DNA from: Octopus vulgaris
Taxonomy: Eukaryota
DNA: 64,000 bases
Direction: 5' to 3'
NCBI GenBank assembly: GCA_951406725.2
Contig: OX597817.1
Span: 123,318,001-123,382,000 of the forward strand
The notes under the pieces were generated by a model, which had not been told where the DNA came from, made no database searches, and saw only the letters and a list, made by a program, of their open reading frames with translations. Shown here in pieces: positions 1 through 12,488 of this stretch. Every line of letters starts with the position of its first letter. Position 1 is the first letter of the stretch. The translations under genes were made by a program, and so were the position numbers.

Positions 1-811
1 ATTCAGAGGTTTTGTGAAAGAGATAATATAGTCGACAGAATGAACCCCAGTATCGTACAAGCTCTTAATTTATCTACCGTAGAACGACGGAAACTAATGG
101 TGATTTTCAATGAAATCTGAATTTATGACATGGAAATATTAGAATATATGCTATAGAGTATTTAGTCATGAGAGCTACACCTTTCCATATGAAACTAGTT
201 ACGTTTCTTAAATATTTAAATATGAAAACTCAGATTTCTTGTTCACGAAGTTAACAACATATTAATGGCTAAAGTGTTGATATGTTACACACTAACACTG
301 CAAGTACAGTAGACTGTTTATGGCTCAGGTACTTAATACCGGATATTTTATTACTTAATATGTCAAACATAGCACTATCTTAGTCATTTCCAGCATCCTA
401 AAGTATTGCTAAATTTATAATATATCATTTTGTTGGCTATAAATTAGAAGTCATGTAGGAAACAGATGTACGGGTTGACATATATACATCGGCGTATTAA
501 TCTTGAAATACATAAATCTGATCTGAGTAACAACTAATTTGCAAACCACCATTGAACAAAAAAGTTGTTTATCCATATCTGAAGTGTTAACATCTTCCAA
601 CAAATGATGCAATGTTGCATTGATTGCTTTGGTATTCAAATGAGATACATAATTTATGATATCGTAGCCACAATAAAATATTTTCTGCAAAGTCATTCTT
701 AAATTTTTCAATAGATGTTCTCTTTCATTGCTCACGTTATTGTAGCAGCCACAGTTGTTAATAAGAAATGACCTGATATAAAGTGAAGGCTTTATAATAT
801 TAGGCTTCATC

Positions 812-1035
812 GGGTTGATGAGCTGTCAGAAATGAAAGAGCGTCGGAAAAATTGCTTTACGGAAATGGTTCCGATCTGTTACGTTCTGAAATCAAACTCC
901 GCAGAAGTTAACTTACGATTCATTCTTTCGAGATTGATAAAATAAATTGCCAATCAAATGCTGGGATGCATGATTTGGACAACACTCTTCTGTTCTAAAA
1001 AGTGCTGATATTGTGCTTAAATTCTAAAAACAATT
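812..1035 (+). mobile_element. Degenerate tRNA-derived SINE, type A
   Basis: Diverged match to the cleaner copies at 8371-8600 and 26567-26797 (gagctg.cagaa head; acgttctga..tcaaa.tccgc B-box region; cattcttt/gataaaataa core). Confidence 0.65.
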
Positions 1036-1198
1036 ATTGAAACTCCATCAGAATATTTGTGTGAACTAATGCTACTGTTTAGTTTAGAGCTCTACGTAGA
1101 TTATCATAATATGCTTCCAACATAGTGAAATATACGTTGCAACAAATCATTATAAACTTGTTCTCGTAATTTTCCCCAGCTCTCACTTTCTCTCTTAA

Positions 1199-1310
1199 TA
1201 CACACACTCACGCACGCACACACACACACACACACAGGCACACACACACACACACACAGGCACACACACACAGGCACACACACTCACGCACACACACACA
1301 CATACACAGA
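1199..1310. repeat. Imperfect (CA)n microsatellite
   Basis: Directly visible. Confidence 0.95.
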
Positions 1311-2056
1311 CTTTTAATTTCAGATGGCTTGACAAAAATAAACTTAACAATAGAGTTATGGAGCCAAATATATGCAAAAGCCCTAAACTGGTACTAATAG
1401 TAAAAAATAACTCTCTTACCTTACGAAAAGTGTACATGCCACTTTATTGACATTTGTGGCTCATAACTACTAATAAGCAAACTCTATAAATTTACATACA
1501 ACACACGGACCCAGAGACTTCCTCCGTTCCATAGTCGCTTCTTTAAATTAAATGGAATATTAACGTAAATAGAGTATCATTTGCTATTAAGTTTTGATTC
1601 ATATTAAATGAATTAAATTTTATCTTCTGTTAATGGTTTCGAATGAGCCTGTCGCTGGCTCATGGAATTTTTGACAGTGAGATATGCTAAGAAGCATCGG
1701 AAACTTGTAGCAAAATAAATATCTTAAGGGGCTTTATCGAAAGGCAATGGTTTTCCGTTTACCTAACCAATGAAAATCAGCAAAAGATATACCGATTCTT
1801 GTATACATTTCTTTCCATCTTTCCTCTACATGTGTATGTATAAATATGTGTATTTACACACAAGTATATTTACATACATATATACATGCGTCAATACACA
1901 CACTCACACTCAAACACACACACACACACACATGCATATATGTAAATATGTGATGGCTGAAACTCGATTATCAGCATTGGCACAACTTGACTATTTTCCT
2001 CTTAAAAATATAGGGTAGGAACTTCCACATTTTTGCAGAGATGTGGCTATGACGGG

Positions 2057-2200
2057 CACTAGCGTCGCTAGAGTGTGTGCCGCCCGGGGCAGCCCTTCCG
2101 TTCCCCCCACCGGAACCCACAAAAAACACATTAATTACAGCACATCCAAAAGTGCCACCCGGCGTGGACCCCCCTTACTGCCCCACTAGTTATGCTTGTG
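2057..2200. mobile_element. Short hAT-type MITE
   Basis: Imperfect 15-bp TIRs cactagcgtcgctag / ctagttatgcttgtg (11/15). Candidate 8-bp TSD atgacggg (2049-2056) / atgacaag (2201-2208). GC-rich island in AT-rich DNA. Confidence 0.55.
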
Positions 2201-3344
2201 ATGACAAGTGCTTCTTGCAACAGGTGAAATGATAGATCTTTGATTGAGGATGTAAGCCGTCATCAGTTAGAAAGAGAGGCAACTGTATTGGTAATTCCCT
2301 GATTGAAGAATATATTAAGGAATTAATTAACTCATAGAACTAATGAAATCATATAAAGTCCGTAAATATTTTCGTATATGAATGTTATAGTTTAGCAGGT
2401 AATAATACGTTACCTCAATCTCTCCGAACGGGATACATGGATCACGTGAATTCGTTACATGTTAGCATGTCCTACTTGCTAGCAAAAGGAAGGATTCTGG
2501 ATCCAAATTGGTTGGTAGTTCTAGTAAGAATTGGGTAAGAAGAGGGGAAGTCGTGGTAAAATTATGCTTCGGTTAGTTTATTAGGGACAAAAATAGAAGA
2601 GTCGTGGTGATCGATACTGACAGAGAGAAAGTGAGAAATAGAGAGAGAGAGGGGAAATAGAGCGGGAGAGAGAAATGAAAATACCAAAAGTATCTGAGAA
2701 GTGCATTCAAAGATTCAAAGAGAGCTGGACATTTTGAGTGTGAAAGGAATTATGGCAATATATTCATTGTCGGGGAATATAGTAATGCCGGCTCAGTCAA
2801 CGATATAAATACTTTACAGTTCCATGATGGGCTCAAAGAACTGAACTAAAATTTGGGTCTGAATAACATCTACGCAAAGTTTCGCATAATAATGGCTAAT
2901 CTAGATATCCATAGTCACTGTGAAGGAGGAGAGTATTGTGGTGTATATGTGCTCCAGTTAAGCGGAAAAGTGTATTAGTACAAGATAGAAGTAAGGAGCA
3001 GATGCTAAAGAAGTATTTTAGGGCCAATTTGGCTGATAGGTTGATTGGGAATAAAATATATGAGAGAAGAAATATTACTTCAATGTGTTAAGCAGTTCTG
3101 TATTTTCCTTAAAACTAGAGCAGAATAATGACAGAGGAAATAATGACATAAGTTTATCAAGGTAGCTGAAAGGGAGTGCGGTGATTCAACTACATCATGG
3201 ATAACAAGGACCCCAGAATGGCTGGGTTTGAGCAACTTAGGAAGGAAGTATATATATTCAACGCACACGTACCGCCAACCCCTCGTCCACACACACTCAC
3301 ACAGACACCTACACATATACACATAATATAAATGCATGTATTGA

Positions 3345-3525
3345 TATTGATTTCAAATTTTGGCACAAGGCCAGCAATTTCTTGGGAAGGGATAAGTCGA
3401 TTACATCGATCCCAGTGTTCCATTTGTAATTATTTTATCGACCCTTGAAAGGATGAAAGGCAAAGTCGACGGAATTTGAACTCAGAACGTAAATATGGAC
3501 GAAATGCGGCAAATCATTTTACCCG
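3345..3525 (-). mobile_element. tRNA-derived SINE, type A, partial
   Basis: gaaaggatgaaaggcaaagtcgac..ggaatttgaactcagaacgta is the reverse complement of the type A core. Confidence 0.8.
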
Positions 3526-4315
3526 GCATATATACATCATGCATATATACATCATGAGTGTTAATATAAGTATTGATATTAATGGTAGAATGTTTAGGAG
3601 ATTGAAAATGATGAAGTGAGTATATCGTGACAAAGGAAAATATCTGTACTTCGTTACAGGCTGGTGGAATCGGACGCCATTCTGTTGTGAATCTCCAAAC
3701 CATCAACTAGAGTTTTCAATTTATCACTTGTTTCTTTCTATCATTTATCTGCGCGAGGTAGCACCTGATATCAGAAGCCAATCTCTATCGGTAAATACAA
3801 AGTGACAAACCTCATCATTCCTCCAGGCACATTCTACTCCACCAATATTAATTAACATCTCATGTTGTACAACCCCTCCTCAACCCTTAACTCTAACTAT
3901 TTCTCCAATGCCAGGTCTGTTTTAACAGCTAATGCTCCACTATTTATTAGACAGACGACTTATATAAACATAGAATGGTTTGTGTTTGTTTATATCTGTC
4001 TTAATTTACATTTGTATAGATAGGCCTGTTTGTATGTATTTCGCGTGGATGTATGCAAATACTAATGTGTACATGCATATGCACAGGTGTAAGTTTATAT
4101 ATATACCTACAAATATGCTCATACACATATACATACAGATAGATATAGATTCACATTAATACCATTATATATATATATGAGTGTATATTTGGATATATGT
4201 ATAGATATATATACGTGACTATGACTTGTGAAATATGTGTGTAGTTTTCTGAGTGTGCTCGCATTGTTTGGATATCTATGTACGCTTGTATCTGCATAAG
4301 TAATTAGATACATTC

Positions 4316-4317
<2 letters not shown>

Positions 4318-4399
<82 letters not shown>

Positions 4400-4400
4400 A
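4318..4400. repeat. Compound (TA)n(TG)n microsatellite
   Basis: Directly visible; one of dozens of similar TA/TG/CA tracts in the window. Confidence 0.95.
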
Positions 4401-4908
4401 CATATGTTTATAGGTCTGTATAATGTTTACCTGAGATTGCCGTTTCCCCTTCGCTCAATGCTATTCAAATCTGCTGGTGTTCCTTTTTTCTCATCGCTTT
4501 GACCATTCTTCTTCGATTAACACTTGTTACCTTTCCTACTCCTTCTCTTTCTATTTCCTTCCCATTTTTGCTTCCTTCTCTTCTTACTCATCACTTCTTC
4601 CTTACGGCATAAAACGTATTCCGATGTTTCAGCTGTGATTTTTTTTTTTCTTGCGATATTACTTGTCGATGTAGAACATTACTAGTTTACACAGATTCAG
4701 GTCTTGTTTTATAAGCGCAATTTACTTCTTCTCTGAACTAGTCACAGCTGGAAATTTGGAATGCAGCTTCCGTTCACTCGTATCCCCCACCTCTACGACT
4801 CTCTCCGAACTCATACACACATGTATGTACATACGTACATCAATATTCACATACATATACATGAATACATATAAATAGGTTCATATTATCTATGTGTATA
4901 TATGTATA

Positions 4909-4945
<37 letters not shown>

Positions 4946-5179
4946 GTGGGTGTGTGTGTGTGTGTGTGTGTGGATGTGTGCGTGTGTGTGAGTGTGTGTG
5001 TGTATGTACATATAGTTTTTTCCTGGTTACTGTAACATCGGATGGGAGCTAAAGGAAATTTACCATAAAACGCATCATCTGAAGGAACCAGCCTTGGCAT
5101 TCTAGATAGAGAAATTGGATATCTGCCTGGATATTATAACCCTCCTCTTGCTATACATACATAGATATGTGTATGCGTG

Positions 5180-5245
<66 letters not shown>

Positions 5246-6064
5246 TATATATACATATATAGATAAATATATATATGTACATATAAATATAAATATACAT
5301 ATATATGTATACAATTTTTCATTACTCTCTCTCTGTTTATTTTCTCGTGTTCCTTTCTGTTGCAGAGCGTAGACTCGAAACGTAAACGACTTCTTCCTTT
5401 TCCCGAGCTTGTTCATCCATCCAACTTCGTCTTTTGTTTTTCTATAAATTTCAACTATATACATGTATGCACATATAAACACATATGTACACATACAATT
5501 CATATAGACTCTGTAACGATATGCAGATATACATCATGAGTGATCTTAGTGCGATGTTTTCCGCAAAAGTGCTCAACAAGTGTTCATACAAATTACAAGT
5601 TGTTTGGGTCTTCTTGATGAAATCTGTGCTGTGAAAGAATGAACGCAGAGACTTTGTTCGTCTTCTTAGCTTGCTGCAGGTCATCTACTATATAATAATC
5701 TCTTTCGACAGCTGTATATTTCATCTCTAATCCCTTTGTGACTACAAGTCAGAGAAGGTTAGATATAAACTGTCCAGTACAAAGGAATATCCTTCAAAAT
5801 AGGTACATTTTATATCCATCCAATTGGAGCGAACTTTCGGGAAAAGACTATCTTCAAATACTAAATTCAATTTATTTTCTTGGGGCTTTCATAATCGATA
5901 AGAAGATATATACATACTTCACATGTGAGCAACATAATTAATTCTCGCGTGGAAATTTTCTCCAAAATACTATATAGATTTTCAGATAAATTACAAATTA
6001 TCTTTTGCTTCAACAGTATCTATACAGTTTATACATATACACATATACACACACAAACATATAA

Positions 6065-6271
6065 TTTGATTTTGATTTTTCCAGTTTCAGCTCATGAGCT
6101 GTGGCCATGCTGGGGCACCGCCATTTAAAGAGTATATATACGACGGGCTTCTTTCATTGGTCGGCCCGGGGCTATAGCAGAAGACACTTGCCCAAGATGC
6201 CACGCAGTGGGACTGAACCCGGAACCATGTGGTTGGTTAGCAAGCTACTTACCACACAGCCACTCCTGCGC

Positions 6272-6272
<1 letters not shown>
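6065..6272 (-). mobile_element. tRNA-derived SINE, type B, internally deleted
   Basis: Reverse complement of the head of the 37297-37702 copy (gcaggagtggctgtgtggtaa...ggttccgggttca.tcccactgcgtggcatcttgggcaagtgtcttc). Confidence 0.85.
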
Positions 6273-6303
<31 letters not shown>

Positions 6304-6691
6304 ATGTATAAGCTACATTCTCATTTTCCTGCAATAGACACTGGATGAGCCAAACCTGTTGGAACGGAAGCTAAATTTTAATATACCTAAATGCAAAATA
6401 AAGTACTACGCCTGTGGCTTTCTCTTCATTTTTCGAAAAATATTTACATGGCAGTGAGGTAAGAAGCTTGCTTCCCTGTCATGTGGTTCAAGGTTCGGTG
6501 CTGGTGTGTTTTCGTCCCCGTAACTTAGCGGTGCGACAAAAGCAAACGATGTAATAAGTACCAGGCATATTAAAAATATATACTGGTGTTTAATGACTGA
6601 AGCAAATGAATAATGAAGGTAAACAATTGTTTTAATGTTATCCATTTATATAATGATTACACGGAAATGATTAATCAGTTTTCAATACATA

Positions 6692-6880
6692 ATACATACA
6701 TACATACATACATACATTCATACATACATACATACATACATACATACATACATACATTCATACATTCATACATACATACATACATACATACATACATACA
6801 TACATACATACATACATTCATACATACATACATACATACATACATACATACATACATACATACATACATACATACATACA
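6692..6880. repeat. (TACA)n tetranucleotide microsatellite
   Basis: Directly visible; source of the HTYI/MYVC pseudo-ORFs. Confidence 0.97.
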
Positions 6881-6890
6881 TGCATGCATA

Positions 6891-8184
6891 TGAAGGTGGG
6901 CTGAACAGTTCATAGGCTGACTAGGAAGGATTGAAGCCAGAGCCGTGAAGTCTTCCATGGGTTAATTTTAATTATTTTTATTAATAACTGAGTTGCTTCT
7001 TTCCAGGTAAACTAACATCTGACTGTTCAAAGAAAACTTGAAATGTAACTAGTAGCGACTTCTCTTGAAGATGGACAAAATTTCGTAGCTTGGTTTTATG
7101 ATGTACCTGCAGAAAAAGGGTTTAGTTCCAAGGACATTCATGCTGACATAGTTGCTACATTAAAAGTGGCGCTCTAGCTTCATCAACAGCGCAAATGTGG
7201 GTTGGTGAATTTAGTAGAAATGAGAGTCTTGAAGATGACCCAAGGTCTAGACTTCTGCAACTGCCGCCACCAAGAAAAACATTGCTCCTGTTCACCACAT
7301 TTTTATGTATGACAGGCGTTTGACAATAGATCAAATAGCCAAGGCTATTAGCATATCCAGTGAGAAAGTTGAGAATATTCTGCTCAGTGAACTTAGGATA
7401 ACGAAGGTTTCTGCTTGGTGAATACCACGTCTTCTAAAACCTGATAAAAAGAACACCAGCCTGATTACATTTGTCATTGTTTGTGGCAGATCCAGCTCGT
7501 TTTCTTTAACGTTTCCTAACCCAAGGCATGTGTTGGCTTCATTGCTTTGAGTCAGAGATAAAGTGAGAATCTGTTCCGTAGAAACACTCTTCCTCACCAT
7601 GCATTCAGTGGGACAACCTTTCTTACTTGGCTTAAGAAAGTCAAGACTGTTTCATCTGTAGAGAATGGGATCGCCTCAGTCTTTTTTGGATGTAAAATGC
7701 ACTGTGCTTATTGACTACCTTCAGGAGAGCAACACCATCAATGGAGAGTATTATGAAAGGTTGCTTACACAGTTCGAAAAGACTGTCTACACCAAACGTC
7801 AAGGAAAACTGACGAAGGGGGTCTTGTTTCATCAGGACAATGCTCCATCACACAGGTCCTTGGTTTCAGTGGCTGCTATACATGATTGTTTCTTTGAACT
7901 GGTTGATCATCTTCCTTATTCTACTGATTTGGTCCCATCCGACTATTATCTGTTCCCCAACATAAAAAAAAATTGACTGGAAACTAGTATCACAGTGGTG
8001 ATGATGTCGTACGTGCTGTTGATGACTTTTGGACCAATAGAATGAAAGCATCTTCACCAATGAGACGATGTACTGCAACAACGTTGGAAGAAATATGTGA
8101 ACCCTAGTAGTGACTGTGTTGAAAAATAAACCTCATTAGGTCACATTCCGTGGGGGTATCTTGGTCAACCTATCAGCTTTTCAG
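6891..8184 (+). mobile_element. Near full-length, decayed mariner transposon
   Basis: TA at 6889-6890. TIR ctgaacagttcataggctgacta vs tggtcaacctatcagcttttcag. Disrupted transposase from ATG 7071; ORF 7665-7976 has FHQDNAPSH and LPYSTDLVPSDYYLF (mariner DD34D motifs). Confidence 0.92.
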
Positions 8185-8279
8185 TATACATGCATACATA
8201 CATATTATATGTATATATATAAAAAATATATATATATATCACATATGTATATATATGTACGTACGTATGTGTATATATA

Positions 8280-8340
<61 letters not shown>

Positions 8341-8370
8341 ATGTACACACACACACACATATATATTTAA

Positions 8371-8600
8371 GGTGGCGAGCTGGCAGAAACGTTAGCAAGC
8401 CGGGCGAAATGCGTTGCCGTATTTCATCTGCCGTTACGTTCCGAGTTCAAATTCCGCCGAGGTCGACTTTGCCTTTCATCCTTCCGGGGTCGATAAATTA
8501 AGTACCAGTTACGCACTGGGGTCGATATAATCAACTTCATCCCTTTGTCTGTCCTTGTCTGTCTCCTCTGTGTTTAACCCCTTGTGGGTAGTAAAGAAAT
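8371..8600 (+). mobile_element. tRNA-derived SINE, type A
   Basis: ggtggcgagctggcagaa head and gagttcaaattcc B-box; close match to the inverted copy at 26567-26797. Confidence 0.9.
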
Positions 8601-8765
8601 ATATATATATATATATATAGTTAAGTAATTGAGATTCTAGTGAATTCTAAAGAATTCACATGAATATGGTCCTTAACTAGGATGCACCGGATATCTATAT
8701 GGTGTTAGCCATACGACAAGTGGGGTGATTATAAATAGGAAAAAAGCAACAAGAATGGATTAAAA

Positions 8766-8853
8766 TCTCGGTACGATCGTTTCGTACGAGGACATATTTA
8801 ATAAGCTACAAAAAATGCAGTGAATACAGATGGCTCGTACTCGTCAGCCGAAA
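8766..8853 (-). ncRNA. Type I hammerhead ribozyme, minimal/dimeric PLE type
   Basis: Minus strand reads tttcgg-CTGACGA-gtacgag-(loop)-ctcgtac-GAAAC-gatc-GTA-ccgaga. Core is intact, with 7-bp stem II, 6-bp stem I and palindromic stem III. Confidence 0.88.
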
Positions 8854-9096
8854 AAATATCAGAGAATTCCCAAACATCAAAAGGGGTAGATATAAAAGAG
8901 GTTGTAGGATTAGCTGCATTGAAGAAAGTTCGATTCATGGAGATCTGATGAAAGGTTTTAAACCTATAGAATTTATGCATTCTATAGGTTTAAAACCTTT
9001 CATCAGATCTCCATGAATCGAACTTCTTCAATGCAGCTAATCCTACAACCTCTTTTATATCTACCCCTTTTGATGTTTGGGAATTCTCTGATATTT

Positions 9097-9183
9097 TTTC
9101 GGCTGACGAGTACGAGCCATCTGTATTCACTGCATTTTCGTAGCTTATTAAAGATGTCCTCGTACGAAACGATCGTACCGAGA
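9097..9183 (+). ncRNA. Type I hammerhead ribozyme, minimal/dimeric PLE type
   Basis: CTGACGA 9103-9109; stem II gtacgag 9110-9116 / ctcgtac 9159-9165; GAAAC 9166-9170; GTA triplet 9175-9177; stem I tttcgg/ccgaga. Confidence 0.9.
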
Positions 9184-9224
9184 TTTTAATCCATTCTTGT
9201 TGCTTTTTTCCTATTTATATATAT

Positions 9225-9390
9225 ATATATAAGTACATTAAAAGGCTTCCAGAAGAAGAAGTGAGTACTAGATACACAAACGTTGGATAAATTTAGTGAA
9301 ATGAAAATTAAAAAAATTAAAAACTTATCCAACTTTTGTGTATCTAGTACTCACTTCTTCTTCTGGAAGCCTTTTAATGTACTTATATAT
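9225..9390. repeat. Inverted repeat with 66-bp arms and 34-bp spacer
   Basis: 9225-9290 and 9325-9390 are reverse complements with one mismatch. Confidence 0.95.
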
Positions 9391-9478
9391 GAATAACATA
9401 TGGCCTATGGCTAAAATGTCTTTTGTGCTAGATCACCGGCGATAATAATTTATTTTATCGCATTTTGACTATGTTTAC

Positions 9479-9523
<45 letters not shown>

Positions 9524-11540
9524 TGTGTGTGTATAAGATTCACGTGTTGGATAACTAGACAGATGTTGAATTGTACTTTAAGCATTCGAAACATCGAAGA
9601 TAGCTACCTTGAAGTCGATCTATCTTCAGTAGAACACTTTATTATGAAGTTTGTTTACTCGTATGAATTATGTATTTATTCAACTAAATTTAAGATTCAT
9701 TATTTCGTAATAATCAATGATAGATAGATTTTCGTATACACAGCGATCAAATTTTGTGGGGCTTGGAAATATACTTAGCTAAATTTATTCAGTAATTACT
9801 CGAAATTTACTGATTTCCTTTCAGTAATATAATTTAAGCAAGTGTCATTATATTATCGAGCTTATGAATTCAGATTGTTTGAAACCTTCTGCTAGTTTGT
9901 CGTATTTAATAGATTATTTACATTCTGGCAACTTTATTGTCATAAACATATGTTTAAATAACAATTACCTTCAGATATTCCGTTCTGCAGCATCTGCATA
10001 CATGGAATATATAAATTCAAATTTACTTTTTATAAATTATCTTCACAATATATGATATTTCTTTAAAAAAAAAATTCTGCATGTGATTTATATAGACCTT
10101 TGCTGAATATAAACCTTTTATAGAAATATAGCTTTAATTAAAGAAATAATTTTAACAAAACTATTTAACTAACTGTACGATTTTATTTCTTAACAGTTTG
10201 TCAGATATACATGAAATGTATAGTGTATTAAAGAAATTATCAGAACCATAAATTTTCACTTATTGTTAATCACTGAATACGTTTATGCGTGGATAATTTG
10301 AAGTGTAATATTTTCGAAAGATTATTCTTGAATTACTAAACAATTACATAACCCATTGAATTACAGATGCTCATTTTTATTTTTAATAATATTCACTTTG
10401 AATATGTATAGAAAATGTAGATTAGTTTCTGAATAGCAAAATAATATTTTTCAGAATTACATTTATTTCTAAATGCATTAGGCTACAATCAAAGGATTGA
10501 AGAATTTTAAGCGAATAATATTTGCAAAAAATTATATATATCGATGATAATGAATATGTATGATAAAAAGGGTAATATATTCCTGCAATTGTTCTTCATT
10601 AGTAAGTAAAGCATGTTTAATGAATACAAAATCTTTTAAAATTATACCTGCTCATAAATTCTGCTTTCATTTAATCATTTTATGTTTTCATACATAATGC
10701 ATACATACATAATGTATGTTTTTGATACATAATCAACTTAGTTTCCTGAATAGAAATTTTGGAAACCAGGTTAGCAGTAACAAGTAATGTGGCAGTGTCT
10801 TTGTATAGAGATAAAAAAAATGTTCAAAATTTGTTTCATGACTTTTTATAATTATATCACGTGCACAATATATTTCTAAAACTTGAGGTGTAAAGAATTG
10901 TCATTTGAATTTAATCCAAAGCTTTTGCCATAGATACAAAACAAAATGCTTTTGACGATTCCAAGCTAGTGATTGACGTTAAGAGTAAATTCACAACTAA
11001 GAACATCCCGGTGATAGTACGTAATTCTCTGTTTCCTCTTTCATGTGGTAATTAGTAACTCCTAGTGTCGTATACAAATGAATATTTTAACTAGTACAAA
11101 TTCCAGGATTTTATTCTATTTTTATTTAAATTTGCCTCGTTCCCCACGTCAAATTGCTTACTAAACTCTGATGAAGATGAGGAGAAGGTATTCTAATTTT
11201 TCTTAAACCTTTTACTAATGCAAGGTTTTGTCAGGATGTCGCATATTCTAATATGTTATACTTCCCATATGTAAAACTGATCGAAATTTTCAATAGAAAG
11301 GGAAGTAACGACAAAGTATAACATTTGTTAGGTAAAGGAAAATACAGAGTTCGTCAATGGAATCAAATGAAATATGACTCATTACACAGTGTAACACGAT
11401 TTTTATCCTTTGGTAGCAACTGTTATTTCCTATTTGTTTACCCCGAGAAAGTATGAAAAAATGGCCCTTATTTCCTTCGAATTTTGCTTTTGTTCTACTT
11501 ATACAAATTGCAGACACTACCTCTCAGCTTATGGAAATAA

Positions 11541-11670
11541 TATGATGCTCTGCCACAACCACTGCTCATGACCAAAGAAACACATATTACCAGTCCCTAA
11601 GGGATATGCTCAAGTGGTTAATTCAAGCAACTGACAAGTAAATCTGTGGTACTGTGCTGAATATTTTCCA
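11541..11670 (-). mobile_element. Diverged fragment of the repeat at 38090-38225 (LINE 3' region)
   Basis: Both loci share tatgatgctc...ctaagggatatgctcaa...caagcaactgacaag.aaatctgtggta. Confidence 0.7.
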
Positions 11671-12289
11671 TAACGATATTTCTGCTTCAGGAAATCAGCA
11701 ATGAATCTATCTGAAATACGATAGCAAATGGGTAATTTCAAAACATTGATGTCCAGGTAACAAAAGCAAAGTTTGAAGGGAATAGTAGTCATGTCCTTTA
11801 ATTTTTAGAAGCAAATAAGTAATAAGACTTACTGACCAAAGGCAAAAAAAAAACAAAACAGAATATGAATTTTGTCACACAGTCTTATTTGACAATACGA
11901 ATGAAACTTACGTCGTTGATTAATGAAAATTGCGAGAGAAAAATATATTGCACTCCAATAATCTACATCAAACTTATATGAACTTGCCAGATGTCCATCT
12001 CTTCGTTTTAATCTCAATCTATTTTTAATTTGTTTCAAGAATTTCAAAACAGCTTGGTATGATCTGAAGTAGTTCTCCTTGCCAAAAGAACGGGCGACAG
12101 CATAGATCTACCCTGCTTTTGTCTTTATTACTTTACATTTAGCTTGACTATAGTAATGAAGGTTGAATATATAAGTCATGAATCCATCGCAACAATGTTT
12201 AGAAGATTTGAAGCGTTCATCAACCATTCGTTAGACAACAAAAGCTTTAAAACAATCTTCTTTAAGAAAAGAATTAGAAATAAATAAAA

Positions 12290-12488
12290 GGCACAAGGCG
12301 TGAAATTTTGGGAGATGGTACTAGTCAATAGATCGATTCCAGTATTTCACTGGTACTTAACTTATCGACTCCGAAATGATGAAAAGTTAAGTCGGCCTCA
12401 GCGAAATTTGATCTCAAAATGTATAGACGAACGAAATGTCGTTAAACGTTTTACCCGGCGTACTAACGATTTTGACAGCTTGCCGTCT
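12290..12488 (-). mobile_element. tRNA-derived SINE, type A, diverged
   Basis: Ends ...ctaacgattttgacagcttgccgtct, the reverse complement of the type A head. Confidence 0.75.

Larger units (their letters stand above)
8620..9219. mobile_element. Penelope-like/retrozyme-type element in head-to-head inverted arrangement, inserted in (TA)n
   Basis: Arms 8730-8972 and 8979-9219 are reverse complements with about 4 differences; loop ttatgc. Each arm holds an HHR. An unpaired tail 8620-8729 ends at (TA)n. Confidence 0.8.

Noticed and set aside
8945-8975. CTGATGA-aaggttttaaacct-atagaat near the palindrome centre as a further hammerhead
   Set aside because: No correctly spaced GAAA box, stem III or stem I.
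8730-9219. Palindrome as a foldback/MITE DNA transposon
   Set aside because: Not fully excluded, given TA at both ends. However, the HHRs, the one-sided 3' tail with a shared terminal motif, and recurrence in an unrelated family fit retroelement inversion better.
11826-12047. Minus-strand GTAAGT donor after a hydrophobic stretch (ILFCFFFAFG) as a signal-peptide exon
   Set aside because: No nearby in-frame ATG or acceptor; the hydrophobicity comes from a T-run.
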